A stretch of DNA of 64,000 nucleotides from Felis catus (lineage: Eukaryota), in NCBI RefSeq assembly GCF_018350175.1, contig NC_058368.1, positions 82,586,001 through 82,650,000 on the forward strand. The letters are read 5' to 3'. Below are positions 36,353 through 50,200 of the stretch, piece after piece. A program made the position numbers and the translations under genes. A model generated the notes under the pieces. That model saw nothing but the letters and a program-made list of their open reading frames with translations. It had not been told where the DNA came from and ran no database searches. Numbering within the stretch: the first letter of the stretch is position 1; every line of letters begins with the position of its first letter.

Positions 36353-37960
36353 AAAATATTGTGTTGAATGGGCCTTTGATTCCTTGGAAACTAAACTCTG
36401 TGTCTATTCGCAAAATACCTTTTCACCTAGTGCTGCATTTTCTATCTAACAGCCATGAAGATCAGAAAAGAGTAAGCAGGCCGTCGAGAGCACAGCCACT
36501 TTGCATGCTGAAGACACACCGAGTGTGCCCTCCGTGCCCGTGACCCTGACACCTCCCCGCAGCGACGTGGAGACGTGGTCCCCCCAGGACCTCACGCCCC
36601 TCCCAGGTGGCACGCTCCAGGCAGACAGGTGTCCACACCGGCAGGAGGGCCGCGCTCTGGCTCTGGTCCAGGCCAGGGCTCGGCGTGTCCCCACGGTGTG
36701 TCCCCGCAGCTCCGGGTGCCCCGGCCCCATGGCAGCACACGGGCTGCCCTCTGGCCCCGGGAGGGGAAGTCCAGTTAGGGACCCCGTGCCTCTGAGCTGC
36801 GCGCCTGCACCTGCTTGACCCTGACGGGGAGAGGGAAGGGGAAGGAGGTGCCACCAGCAACAGTGACTTAAACCGAAGCCCCCAGACCCGGTCCCATGTG
36901 CCGGGGGACCTGCACATTCGCACAAATCACAGACTTTCAAAGTCACAGAAGTTATCAAAAAATACTGTTTTAGAGACATAGAGGTTCCCATGCCCTCAGG
37001 TTGCAAACTGCTGTGGGGACACATGTCACCTCCCCGCGACCCAGTCTGGGGCGTCGCACACCTGCGAGCGGCTCCATGCAGTGGCCAGAAGGGACCGTCC
37101 CTCACCGAGCTCCCAAAACGTGTTTGCGTCCCGTGTAGGCGATTCTCTTGTGTCACTTTGCCCAGTGCCTCTCCCCCTGCAAGGGTACACCTCCAAAAGA
37201 ACCTCAGAATTCTCCAGAGAACATCCTCCTGTGACCTCCTCGTCTGAGGGAAAGACGACAGATTTGAACAAATCTGCATAGTGCAATTTCCCAAATTAAT
37301 GTTCACATGACGAAATGTTAGCTGGTTACTAAGATCAATGAATAAGCTTCTGGAGAACACAGTAGGGACATACATAAGAAATAAATAAAGAGGGACGAAA
37401 TGTCAGTAAGTGTGAAACTATAATTACTAAAACAGCAACTGTGCCTCGCTGTAAGTAATCAAACTGTTAAGACTTCCTGAGTCGTCTACACCTTCCAGCA
37501 CCGTTCCCCTCCCCTAAGTCTCTTGCTCCTGTCCAGTTTGTTTCTACTAATCACAGACACATTCTAGCAGGGGTGAGGATGTCCAGGCAGCTGAGAAGGG
37601 TGAAGAAAACAACAGAAACAGATGACAGAAATATTCTGAGGTGGTGTTTTTAACATAGGAACTAAGGTGAGGCTACTATGCAAACGTATGAAAGAGTGGG
37701 GGGGCCTAGACACTGGTGAAGATAAGGATCTGAGCTGTCTTCAAGCTGGGCCTGGGCCCTCCTGGGGGCAACTTGCAGGGAGGTCACCCCACATTATCCC
37801 TGCCCATCGGCACAGTAAACAGGAGGTGCCAATAATCACAACCACACAAAGAGCATGCAGTCTGTAGGATGCCCCTGTGCCACAGAAACCTCAGCCTGGG
37901 AATGGTTTTCACCTGGTGCTCCCGCCTACAGAGGAGCTAGAATGTGAATCAAACAGGGCA

Positions 37961-38090
37961 GAACAGCTGGGAAATCACCTGGGAGGTCACCTGAGAGAAC
38001 GTCTGGGTCAACACCTGAGAGAACACCTGGGGGGAACGGCTGGGAAAACACCTGGGAGATCACCTGGGGGAACACCTGGCGAATGCCTGG
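37961..38090 (+). repeat. ~12-bp minisatellite, about 10 copies
   Basis: Unit approx. aacacctgggag. Confidence 0.85.
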
Positions 38091-38224
38091 CAGTGGACAC
38101 CAGTGCCACAGGGCCACGCCCAAGGCCCACCGTTTCCTCCGGTCGAGGTGTTGTACACTTGTTTGTATGTGTGCATGTCTGTGCATGTGTGTGTACACGT
38201 GTGTGTTTTGATTTCTGGTTTTTC

Positions 38225-38830
38225 CTTTAACAGCTTTATTGTGAAAGGATCAGAATACCAAAAAATCCACCTGTTTAAAGTGTACAACTCAATGTTTTTT
38301 AGCATATTCACTAGATTGTGCAAATATCCCCACAATCAGTGTGAGAACATTTTTGTGCCCCTGAAATCAACAGCCTCACCCCTTCCGCCTCCCCCAGGCC
38401 CTGGCAGCTCACTCTCCATCTCTACGGTTTTGCCTGTTCTGGATATTCATATAACACGTGATCTTTGGAGTCTGACTTCTTTCAGAAGCATAATGTTCTG
38501 GGTTCGGCCACACTGTGGCCTGTGTCAGGACCCTGTACTTTCTCAGACTGAGTGATACTCCCCCGTATGGATGTACTATTACATATATACCCAGTTCTTC
38601 AGTCGACGGACACTTGGGTTGTTTCCAGCTTCGGACTGCTCTGAACCCTGCTGCTGTGGTGACTGTGTACAGGCTTCTGTGTGGACAGGTGCGCCCAGGA
38701 GTACAGGTGCTGGGTCATGTGGTATCCCCGGGCTCTGGCCTCCGAACGGTTCCCTACGGCGGCTGCAACACTGCATTCCCGCTGGCAGTGGATGAGGGTC
38801 CAGTGACACTCACGACTGTCTGTCTTTTCA
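38225..38830 (-). mobile_element. Old L1 (L1MB-like) 3' end
   Basis: acagctttattg...tttaaagtgtacaactcaatg and ggacacttgggttgtttccag motifs. Confidence 0.8.
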
Positions 38831-41039
38831 GTTACACGTTGGCTTGGAATCAGAGAGATGCCTGTTCCTCAATTTGTTTTATGATGTAAAATGAGGCGAT
38901 TGTGGTAACAGGGTTATGAAGACAGTAACATTTTTGGCACAGATTTCTGCACTTCCCACACAATGGCTGGGCCATTGCACTCTGGTTTCATGTCCCAGGT
39001 GACTGGGCTCCCCAAGCCTTCATCCCAGCATGAGAGATTCTGGGTTTACACTGCCTGTGTCTGAGCACTGACACTGAAAGCACGGGGGGCTGGGCCTGAG
39101 AAGCTGGCGTGTGACGACAACCACGCACAACCCAATCCACCCACAAGCCTCTAGGCCGCCAGAGCTTAAGGAAAGATCCAGCTTCTTTCCTAGAGAAAGT
39201 GTGAGGTTCCCAAGGCTGGTCTACAACTCTGGATCAGCCTCAGGGGCCAAGGAGAGAGGCGGAAACACTGTGTGTATAGGTTTCCTTTAAAATAGTTTCT
39301 TTATATGTATTTTGTCATTGCTGCTCAGAAGTACCGGTAACACAACTGTGGGAATCCAAGATTAAATGCTACAGTCTTTCCACAGCCCCAGGCCCAGCCA
39401 TAGACCCACCCTCTAGAAATGTCACTGGTTTCTGTTTCTTGGCCCTGGAGCAAACATCACCAATTTAAATAACAGCGTCACTGATATTTCTCGGTTTATC
39501 AATTTAAAATCAACTGTTGACTCCCTGCCATGAAAGATGAAGAATTTAGGGTCATGCACATCCCCCACTCCTGCCTCCCAATCATTTTACTACGTCAAGT
39601 ACTCAACACTTCACGCTGCTCTGTACCTCACACTGTCTCACCTACTCTCTCGGTAAGTTGACTCCAAACATGCTAACTCCACAAGACGCCTGTACATCAC
39701 GACCATGTGGCTGTGTGTTGTGACCAGACACCACTGCCCCCTCCAGCTCACCCTTCACTTCGTCCCCTCTCGCTCAGCCTGAGCGCCTGCCTCCTCCAGG
39801 CTGTGCTCGGGGCCGTAAGGAGGACACCCCCCGGCCCGTCCAAGGGCCTTTATCACTTGACAAAGTACGAATTCAGCGTCCAGGTCCTCTTACCCTGTTT
39901 AAGGCACAATTCCGCTTCTAAGAGCTTTTTAAATACATTAAATGGTCCAAATTTCCATTCAAACCTGTAGCTGCTTTCACAAATCACAATTCCTTGATTC
40001 ATAAAGTAAGACCCTGGCCTGGCGAGGACGACCCCTCCCAGCCTATGCTGGAAAGAGAGCCAGTCTTCTGCAAGACCTAGGGTTTGTTTGTTTGTTTGTT
40101 TTCTCCAGAAACAACCAACATAGGATTTCAGGCTGTTCTTTTCTGCCCTGAATACTTTGGTACTTCTCTTTCTTTTTCCCACACCGTTCTCTGTAAGAAT
40201 CCTGGCTTGAACTTGAGAGAGAAAATTTCTTAGATGTTAACAAAAGATTAGAAAAACCATTTTCTTCCTTATAAAATCAGAGCCTGTCACTCATACCTCT
40301 AATGCAAAACCCGAAGTTCTGGAAAGACTTTTAAACAGATGATGTTCCTTTGTTCATTCATGTCTGACCCAAAGGGAAACCGCCTGGGTCCTCACAGACC
40401 CAGGGTCTGCACCAAGAGCAAGATTTCATGTTATTCTGGGGTAAAGAGACTCAGAGGCCTTTCTGATGAAAGCTTGCCCTTTTCATAAGTAACTTATTAT
40501 CTCTTAGGTTGGCCATGTCTCAGGCACTTCGAATGCTGCAGTCAGGGTGGTCTCCAACTCTGCTGGGGGGTCTGCAAGTAGTGAAGGCAATTACGACAGC
40601 TGAGCACAGGGCCGTGTGCTCACAGGACTTCACACAAAGGTAACATCCATGTTAGTAAGTGTCACTGCAACAGTCCTGTGCAACACCTGTGAGATGCATG
40701 TGTGTGCCACGTGTGGCTCCATAAGGAAAGAGGCACTGTGGAAACCCTAGCGGTGCTATCATCCGCGTGCAGACGGCAGAGGGACTGCTCCCCCCAACAA
40801 ACCCATAAAATCCCTTCCTCTTTTCCTTCCTCTCAGCGGCCAGAAGAGAGGCACAGAGAAGACAGACGGTGGCAACCCCCAGGCAGGGGCGGGGGGCTGG
40901 AAGAACCCCCCGAGCAAGGCGCCACGACCACCAAGGCTGGCTGGCTCTGCTCCTCCGAGCTGGACAGAAAGAAACAGGCGATGAGAGCAGAGGTCTGCAG
41001 CAATGCAGAGTGTGGGAGACAGTTACCACAAAACAGAAC

Positions 41040-41876
41040 CTGCAGGCCACAGATCTGGTAAGCATTCTGGTATCCAAAATATATAAAGAGTTCCTACAAC
41101 TCAACAGCTACAAATGACCCAATTTAAAAACAGGCAAACAACCTGAAGGACATTTTCCCCAAGATATCCAAACTGGCACACGGACAGGAAAGGACGCTCA
41201 GCATCGTGTGTCCAGGGAAACGCAAGACAGACCAGCAGGGAGAGACCCTCCACCATGAGGGCAGCTGGGATGTCTGTAACACAGGAAAACACCAGGCGTC
41301 GGTGAGAAAGTGTGGCACTCCTCCACGGCCACTGGGAGCGTGAGCAGCGCAGCCCTGTGGGAAGCAGGCAGCCAAACGCTCACAAGAACTGAGAACAGAA
41401 AGGTGTAGGTGAATGTCCACGGCAGCGCTGTTCACAGTAGCCCGAAGGTGGGGACAACCCAGACGTGTGCACCTGCCATCCAGAGACCAGCGGACATCAT
41501 AGGTTGTGCAGGGGCAGGTGGGACGGGCTTGCTGGAGGAATACACACTGCTCCTGTGGGTGATTAAAAAGTCTGAAACTAAAGGTGAGTGGTGGTTGCAC
41601 GACAAGAGAATGCAGTAAATCCCACTGAAGTCTATACTTAAAAAGGGATAGATGGTGATTTTTTTTTTTTTTTGAAAGAGAGAGAGCCTGTGTGTGCACA
41701 AGCAGGGGAGGGAAGCAGAGGGAGCCCAACACAGGGCTTGATCACTCAACCCTGGGATGTGACCTGAGCAGAAACCAAGAGTCCAGTCAGAAGCTCAACC
41801 AACTGAGCCACCCAGTGTCCCGAAATGGTGAATTTTATGTTATGCACATTTTATCACAATTTAAAAAAGAAAAGTA
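41040..41876 (+). mobile_element. Old L1 3' region containing a minus-strand Can-SINE (about 41659-41821)
   Basis: gtatccaaaatatataaagagttcctacaactcaac, then tggtgaattttatgttatg...tatcacaatttaaaaaa; SINE flanked by atggtga.tttt. Confidence 0.8.
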
Positions 41877-42013
41877 AAGATGCCTACCAGTGTTTTGACC
41901 GAGGCCGTGGCTGTTCTGTGTGACTGTGGTTATGACACAGGGGCCACATTCCACCCAACATCCTTTTCTGGAGCAAGAAAGGGTATAAATAAATTCCTTT
42001 AAATTTTACATTT

Positions 42014-42243
42014 AATTTAATTTAATTTAAAAAAATTTTTTTAATGTTTATTTATTCTTCAGAGAGAGAGACAGAGTGTGAGTGGGGGAGGGGAAGAGAG
42101 AGAGGGAGACACAGAATCCGAAGCAGGTTCCAGGCTCTGAGCTGTCAGCACAGAGCCCAATGCGGGGCTTGAACTCACAAACCTCGAGATCATGACCTGA
42201 GCTGAAGTTGGACGCTCAACCGACCAAGCCACCCAGGCACCCC
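42014..42243 (-). mobile_element. Can-SINE
   Basis: Complete reverse SINE ending ccacccaggcacccc. Confidence 0.95.
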
Positions 42244-42540
42244 TAATTTCATTTTTATTCGTACATTTTTGTTGGGAGTGAACATACACTTGGTAAACAC
42301 AACTCAGCGAATTTCACATATGTACACAGTATGTAATCAGTAGCCAGACCAAGATGTGGAATGGTCCCAGCACTCTAGAATGTTCTTCCAGTCTTCCCAG
42401 GTAAATACCCCTCCCAGGAGGGCTTAGCACTCTTCAAAATTTTATAACATCTGTTAGTTTTGCCTGTTCTGAACCTCATAAAAATGGAGCCAGACCTGTT
42501 AAAGCACTAGAGGTTGCAGACTGGATTCGAATTTCACCTT

Positions 42541-42763
42541 TAAAAAAAATTTTTTTAATGTTTATTTATTTTTGAGAGAGAGAGAGAGAGAGAGAGCACG
42601 AACAGGGGAGAGTCAGAGAGAGAGGGGGACACAGAATCCAAAGCAGGCTCCAGGCTCCGAGCTGTCAGCACAGAGCCCCATGCGGGGCTAGAACTCACAG
42701 ACCATGAGATCATGACCTGAGCTGCAGTTAGATGCCCAACCAACTGAGCCACCCAGGCGCCCC
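42541..42763 (-). mobile_element. Can-SINE
   Basis: Complete reverse SINE ending ccacccaggcgcccc; tcacct flanks. Confidence 0.95.
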
Positions 42764-43505
42764 TCACCTCTCGTTTTAATTTATAAACTGAAGTAATTTT
42801 ATACAGAGAAGCTTGCCCCTCCTCTACCATTTGATAACTCTTTCGTGAAGCTCACACAGAAAGCTGGGATAAATGCTTGATTATTCCACTTATTTACCAG
42901 ATTTTCAAGTAACGAATTAGTGTCCTGTCGTCCTCGAAAGGTGAATAATTTAGGCTTTTTTGTAATTTTGCAATTATTTTTTATTGACACAATTTACATA
43001 TAAAATTCAACCTTTTAAAATGTACAACTCAGTGCTTTTCAGTAAATTCACAGAGTTGTACAACTATCAACACTAATTCCAAAGGATTTTCATCAACTGC
43101 AAGTGAAGCCGCCCTGAGAGCCTTCACCCTGTCCTGGCCTCCGCCCCCAGCAACCCACTGTTGGCTCACAGATCTGCCTCTTTGGGGTCTTTCATATAAA
43201 TGCAATCATGCACATTCAGCCTCTAGCCTCTTTGGCTTGACATCCTGTGTTCAAGGGCTTCCCACTGTGGCCTCAGGACAGTGCTTCAAGGTGTGGGCAC
43301 AGCTTCATGTGCAAGCACTCACACACACACACCAGTCTACACCTGCACCCCAGAGACTCAGGAGAAACAGCACGAAACAACACTACCCAAACCACATGAC
43401 CTGGGCACATCAGTCTGCCTCCCTAGGCCTCAGTTTCCCATCTGTAAACTGGGTGGCCAATCATCAGGACAAGCAACATTCCAGTGGCTCAGAAAGTAGT
43501 CCCCA

Positions 43506-45469
43506 TCATAGAGGACATAATGCTATATGTGGAAAACCTGAAAGACTCCACCAAAAACCTGCTAGAACTGATCCATGAATTCAGCAAAGTCACAGGATAT
43601 AAAATCAATGTACAGAAACCACTTGCATTCCTATACACCAATAATGAAGCAACGGAAAGAGAAAGCAAGGAATCGTTCCCATTCACAACTGCACCAAAAA
43701 CCACACAATAGCTAGGAATAAACCTAACCAAAGAGGTGAAAAATCTATACACTTGAAACTATAGAGAGCTTATGAAAGAAATTAAAGAAGACACAAAAAA
43801 ATGGAAAAAGATTCCATGCTCCTGGATAGGAAGAACAAGTATTGTTAAAATGTCGATACTCCCCAAAGCAATCTACATGTTCAGTGCAATCCCTATCAAA
43901 ATAACACCAACATTCTTCACAGAGCTAGAACAGACAACCCTAAAATTTGTATGAAACCACAAAAGACCCTGAATGGCCAAAGAGATCTTGAAAAAGAAAA
44001 CCAAAGCAGGAGGCATCACAATCCCAGACTTCAAGTTATACTTCAAAGCTGTAATCATCAAGACAGTATGGTACCGGCACAAGAACAAACACTCAGATCA
44101 ATGGAACAGAATAGAGAACCCAGAAATGGACCCACAAACATATGGCCAACTAATCTTTGACAAAGCAGGAAAGAATATCCAATGGAATAAAGACAGTCTC
44201 TTCAGCAAGTGGTGCTGGGAAAACTGGACGGCGACATGCAGAAGAATGAACCTGGACCACTTTCTCACACCATACACAAAAATAAACTCAAAATGGATGA
44301 AAGACCTCAATGTAAGACAGGAAGCCATCAAAATCCTCGAGGAGAAGGCAGGCAAAAACCTCTTTGACCTCAGCCACAGCAAATTCTTACTCAATACGTC
44401 CCCGGAGGCAAGGGAAACAACAGCAAAAATGAACTATTGGGACCTCATCAAGATAAAAATCTTCTGCACCACGAAGGAAACAATCAGCAAAACTAAAAGG
44501 CAACTGACAGAATGGGAGAAGATATTTGCAAATGACATATCAGATAAAGGGTTAGTACCCAAAATCTATCAAGAACTTCTCAAACTCAACACCCAAAAAC
44601 AAATAATCCTGCGAAGAAATGGGCAGAAGACATGAATAGACACTTTTCCAAAGAAGACATCCAGATGGCCAATTGACACATGAAAAAAATGCTCAACATC
44701 ACTCCTCATTGGGGAAATACAAATCAAAACCACAATGAGATACCACCTTACACCTGTCAGAATGGCTAACAACTCAGGCAACAACAGATGTTGGCGAGGA
44801 TGCGAAGAGAGAGGATCTCTTTTGCATTGTTGGTGGGAATGCAAGCTGGTGCAGCCACTCTGGAAAACAGTGTGGAGGTTCCTCAAAAAATTAAAAATAG
44901 AACTACCCTATGACCCAGCAATTGCACTACTAGGTATTTATCCAAAGAATACAGGGGTACTGATTCAAAGGGGTACATGCACCTCAATGTTTATAGCCAT
45001 GCTATCAATAATAGCCAAAGTATGGAAAGAGCCCAAATGTTCAATCAACGGATGAATGGATAAAGAAGATGTGGTGTATATATATACAATGGAGTATGGA
45101 ACTAGAGGGTATTATACTAAGTGAAATAAGTCAGAGAAAGAGAGGTATCATATGATTTCACTCACGTGTGGGATTTGAGAAACTTAACAGAAGACCATAG
45201 GGGGAGGGAAGGAAAAATAAGATACAAAGAGAGAGGGAGGAAAAGAAACCATAAGAGACTCTTAAATACAGAGGACAAACTGAGGGTTGCTCATGGGGGG
45301 CAGGGGAGAGGGGAAAATGGGTGACGGGCACTGAAAAGGGCACTTGGGATGAGCACTGGGTGTTGTATGTAAGCGATAAACCATGGGAATCTAGTCCCGA
45401 GCCGAGAGCGCACTGTATACACTGTATGCTAACAAACTGGACAATAAATTATTTAAAAAGAAAGAAAAA
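43506..45469 (+). mobile_element. 5'-truncated, relatively young carnivore/felid L1 (ORF2 C-terminus, 3' UTR, A tail), antisense to RASA3
   Basis: ORFs 43772-43954, 43973-44635 and 44735-45055 encode L1 ORF2 peptides ([37 protein letters not shown]) broken by stops and frameshifts; 15-bp TSD agaaagt(a/c)gtcccca at 43491-43505 and 45470-45484. Confidence 0.97.
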
Positions 45470-47074
45470 AGAAAGTCGTCCCCAGGAGAGCAGCGGCAGC
45501 CGCACCGTGTCAGAAGGCAGATTTCAGGGCCGCCCAAGGCTGGTGTGTGAGCACAGAACCTGTGTGCTACCAGCCCCAGGGGGGTTCTGGGCTCCCGGGT
45601 CACGGTCCTCAGCCCACCTTGCTGCATTTGAGTGACACCCAGCTGTTCTGACACTGTCCCTAGCCGGAGTGCCTCCTCATTGCCTCAGGAGACCCTCCCT
45701 GAACGGACCACCCTCCTCCGTGGCCGTAAAGACCCAGAAGCCTCAGCACCCTCTCTAGGAAGAGCTGTGCTTCCACGGACATCTGTTCCGGCCGGACCAC
45801 CGTTTCGCCAAACCTCCCCCACATGCCCGTTCTGTACTGACAGCAAGTGGCTGACGTGCGTGGGGCACTGTCCTTCCCTCCTCTGCCCTCAAAAGCACCC
45901 ACTGCCCACCAAACAAAGCACTTCTGCCCACCGAGCATTCAGAGATCCCCACCAGCTAACACCCATCTGCGTGTGCAGGATGACCTTCAACGACTCACCT
46001 CCACGAGTCAAAACGCGGCGCTGGCCCAAGCCCCTGTGTCTCCTCCACCGCGGGCCATGCTGACCCACACTCCCAGCATCCACATCCGCCCCATCCCTGG
46101 AGCCACATGGCAGGGTTGCCCTGTGCCACTCCCAGGGCGTGCAGGCGCCCCCTCCCACCCCACATGATCGCTGTGTTCTGTGCACAGTCTGCCCCTGCTG
46201 AGAGCAAAGGCCAGGCCTCACGGGCTCCGTCACCCCTCACTCACTTCCCAGAGCCAATCCTCACTCTTGGCAAACACATGCTGAACAAAAGAGCCATCCT
46301 TGGAGCTAACCGGGAACCACCCAGAGGTCAAAAGTCCTAGGCCTGCCAAGATGACCTCAGATGCATCACCCATGGAACATTCCGGAAGACAGACTTCTTC
46401 ATGATAGGCTGGCAAGGAGAGAGGCAGCTGGAAGGCCCATGGGTTGAGGAGGCAGGACCTTCAGAGGGATTTTAAAAATGAAGTAATAAAAGCTTTAAAA
46501 TTATTTCCAAAAGGCCACAGACTTCTGTGTTAGCTGATTCATGCACAGGAGAGAAGAAAAGGTCTGTCCGTCTGCCAACCGCAAGAAATCAGGAACCTCT
46601 GCTGGATTCCAGGCCCACCCGGCACATTTGGGCTGTGTGTCCCCACCTGACTTCACGCCCCAGACTGCAGCACAGGCTGTGGCGACCCCTCCCTCCCGGG
46701 GGCCGAAGCAAGTGTCCTTCAAACCCCTGCCCCCAGCACCTCGCACGGAAGCCAGGGATCTCTGCTCAGCTGGATTTGTTTAAACTCCAAAGTTATTTTT
46801 AACGCTGCCATTGGTCTAATTAGGCAGGAAACACTGGCCGGAGTACAGGCCGGCTGTCCTGGAGGAACTATGGGCCACTAGGAATGAGGCCACGTGGACG
46901 CACACAGGATGTCTTGCAAAACTTTGCTGAAATAGTGAAAAAAAGTACCTGGAGACTCTGATTTCATCTCAACATTCAGGTCACCCAGTCCCCCTCCCAG
47001 TGCTGGACTTCTGTGCGGCCACCTGCCCATCCCCTTGAGCCCAGATACCTTATCTTTAAAATCCAAGGGCTGTG

Positions 47075-47289
47075 AGGGACGCCTGGGTGGCTCAGTCGGT
47101 TGGGCGTCCGACTTCAGCTCAGGTCATGATCTCGCAGTTGGTGAGTTCGAGCCCCGCGTCAGGCTCTGTGCTGACACCTCAGAGCCTGGAGCCTGCCTCG
47201 GATTCTGAGTCTCCCTCTCTCTCTCTCTCTCCCCTGCTCATGCTCTTTCTGTCTCTCTGTCTCTCTCTCAAAAATAAACATTAAAAAGA
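47075..47289 (+). mobile_element. Can-SINE
   Basis: TSD aaaatccaagg(g/a)ctgtg at 47058-47074 and 47290-47306. Confidence 0.96.
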
Positions 47290-50200
47290 AAAATCCAAGG
47301 ACTGTGGAGAGGTCCTCTGCCCAGAGGGAGTGGCGCATTGATCACAGGTGTCACAACACCCCCAATACCAGTGACCTCGCAGAGCTCACCAGCCACAGGC
47401 ACAGCTTTCTGAGCATGACACCCATCTCGAAGCAGAACTGGGATTCAAAACCCACGGGGCTGTCTGGGCTCCTCACCACACTGCGGTGGTATTTTGGTCA
47501 GCACACCACCTCCGCCTTCCTTGCTGCAGATGCCCCTCTGACACACACCAGAGCCTGAGGTGGCCTGTGGCACACAGGCAGTGATTCCAGGGCCCGGTAA
47601 CACGGGTGTGGTGTTCCTGCAGGACTTTCTCAACAGCGGTCTGCCCCGGGCCCACCTGCTAGATGGTGGGGACGGGGGCTTTCCTGCTGAGGAGCCTCAC
47701 TGGAACAGGGCTGGGCAGACCCTGGTGCTGGCCGGGGCGGGAACCAAGCCCACAGGCAGCACCCCTCACCCTGTGCCATGGCGACCTGGGAAGTCTATGG
47801 CCCTCAGAGGCCTGACAGTGCACTGACGTCTCCCTTCTGGGCTTGAAACTCAGGCCCTCTCTCCCAAGGGAACCGGGGATCACCCTCTCAGGGTCTGGGA
47901 GCTGTGGGACAAGCAAAGAGCAAAAGGCCAGGCTGTGGACCTGCTTCACACGGAAGGCGTGTGTTGCTCTGGGTCCCCAAGGAGTAACCAGTCCCAGAGC
48001 AGGGACTAGAGTCAGAGCCTGCAGCTCCCAGCCCCTCGATGTCCTCATCTGCCAGAGTAAGGCAGCACTGCATCCTCTGCAGACTCGTGAGCCCGGCCCA
48101 GGGAGTGATTGAGGGGTCTGCTTGCCACCAATGTCTCGGGGGCGTCTGGCAAAGACACGCAGCCCACCACCTCTCTGATGCCATGAGACATGTGCCCGCT
48201 GGCTGTTGGACTTTGGGTCCAAGCGGACGCTCTCTGAGCAGCACTTCCCATCAGGGTAGCTCTCCCCTGATCAAAGTGCAAGTGTCTAAAAGGCCCCAAG
48301 GCACCAACATGTGCTGCAGAACCCCAGAGGCCCCTGTATCTATTGCAGAGACCACAGTCCTCCAAAGGGGGCTGCAGGCTGGTCACACAGACCCGGGCCC
48401 CGGAGAGAGCTCCTGCCACAGCCCGGCCCCCCGCCAGATGCAGCCAAACCTTAGGAAGGGCCTGCGTGGTCGCCAGCAGTCACCCACCACCTGCCGGCAG
48501 AGCCACTGCCGCCATCCAAGCCTGGCACTGCTGGGTGGTCATCACCCGAACCTTCAACCGGCAGCAATATCACCCACTAGGGGTGACACCGAGGGCCCTG
48601 CCCCCAGCACCACACAGTGGGAGTGGCCACCCTCCTTGGGTCACTGGCCACACGGACAGATGGCTCCAATGTGCGGCCCCCCGCAGAGAACCACAAACCA
48701 AAGCCTGTGCTGGCCCCTGGGTTTGCATCCTAATGGCAAGTTTAGAATAGGAAGCAATGGAAAACTTGAAACTTTGGTTTTTCCTTCCTCATTTATCAGT
48801 CTGCAAGACTGGCCAGGAGAGACAGATGTACCTTCCTCTTCAGCCTAACACCACGAGGCCCCAGCTGGCACAGAAGCGCAGCCAGGGCGCCGGCGCCCTC
48901 TCCCGCCCAACAGCACCAGTCAGCCCTGGCTGGCCCTCCGCTGCCCAAACCCGAGGGCCCCGGACAGAGCCCTCCAGGTGGCCCAGGGCTGGCGGCACGG
49001 CACGCTACAGGCCTTCCCAGCTCACAGGTGAGACCAAGAGGCCCTCACTCCCTCAAGGCAGAACAGCCACCACCCACGGTCTGAAACCTCTGCCCGCAGG
49101 GGTTCCTGGCCGTGTCCCCAGTGGGCAACCAACCATGTGCTATCCCTGTGCCTCACACCCTCGTCCCAACACGCCAGGGAGGCAGGCTGTGTAGCAAGCG
49201 AGGGCCTGGTGTATTTACCCAGCAGCTGAGACTCTCAGAGCTTGGAGGCAGGTGCTGGTGAGCTGGCACCTTGACCGCATCTCTGAACCTCTTTATCCTG
49301 GAACCGATGAGCAGCCACGGCTTCGGGACGGTGCCCAGGGCAAGGAGCTGTGGCGGAAAGGGGCTCGGGAGCCCCTCAGCTGAGAGCAGAGCAGCCCCAG
49401 CCTCCCAGGGAGCAGGGATGCTCTCCCACTTGTCGTCCCTGAAAAGCCACCATCACCTCAAGGGGCCAAGCCTGACAAAGCAGAAGTTCACTTTCCACAC
49501 TTTCAAGGATCCACAGCTTGACACTGAGGCGCCCACACATTGTTGCTATGCCATACAAGAGGCCAAGGAAGCTTCTGTCAGGCACACACTACTTTTCTGC
49601 CTCCCCTTACACCTGGCTGATTTCCACAGTTGCCATAGCTGCTCAATCTTCTAAAATATTTTTTTGAAAGCCATGAATAAATCAATATCTAGATCTCCTG
49701 GGAAAATACAACTTTACCCTTAAAACAACGAATGCAGTGGTTACAGGTGATGCCCCTGTGAAGTCACAAATCCACATATAATTTTTGATTCCCCTAGAAC
49801 TTAACTACTCTTCTCAAACTATTCCAAAAAATAGAAGAAAAAGGAAAACTTCCCAATTCATTCTAGGAGACCAGCATTACAAGCCAGATAAAGAGAGAAC
49901 TATAGGCCAATATCCCTAATGAACATGGATGCAAAATTCCTCAACAAAATACTAGCAAACCAAATCCAACAATACATTAAAAAAGAATACCATCCACCAC
50001 GATCAAGTGGGATCTATTCCAGGGAGGCAAGGGTGGTTCCACATCTGCAAATCAATGAAATACATCACATCAACAAGAGAATTGATAAAAACCAGACGAT
50101 CACCTCAATAGATGCAGAAAAAGCACTTGACAAAATACAACACCCACTGATTAAAAAAAAAAAAAAAACCCTTGACAAAGTAGGTTTAGACGGAACACAC

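Noticed and set aside
36446..37375. 309-aa minus-strand ORF
   Set aside because: No recognisable domain, composition typical of GC-rich non-coding DNA, and no exon evidence.
43484..45055. Reverse-transcriptase-family ORFs as an active or domesticated gene
   Set aside because: 5'-truncated L1 with stops and frameshifts, lacking the promoter, ORF1, EN and most of RT.
48039..48848. 269-aa plus-strand ORF
   Set aside because: Pro/Gly/Ser/Arg-rich random-like translation with no recognisable family.
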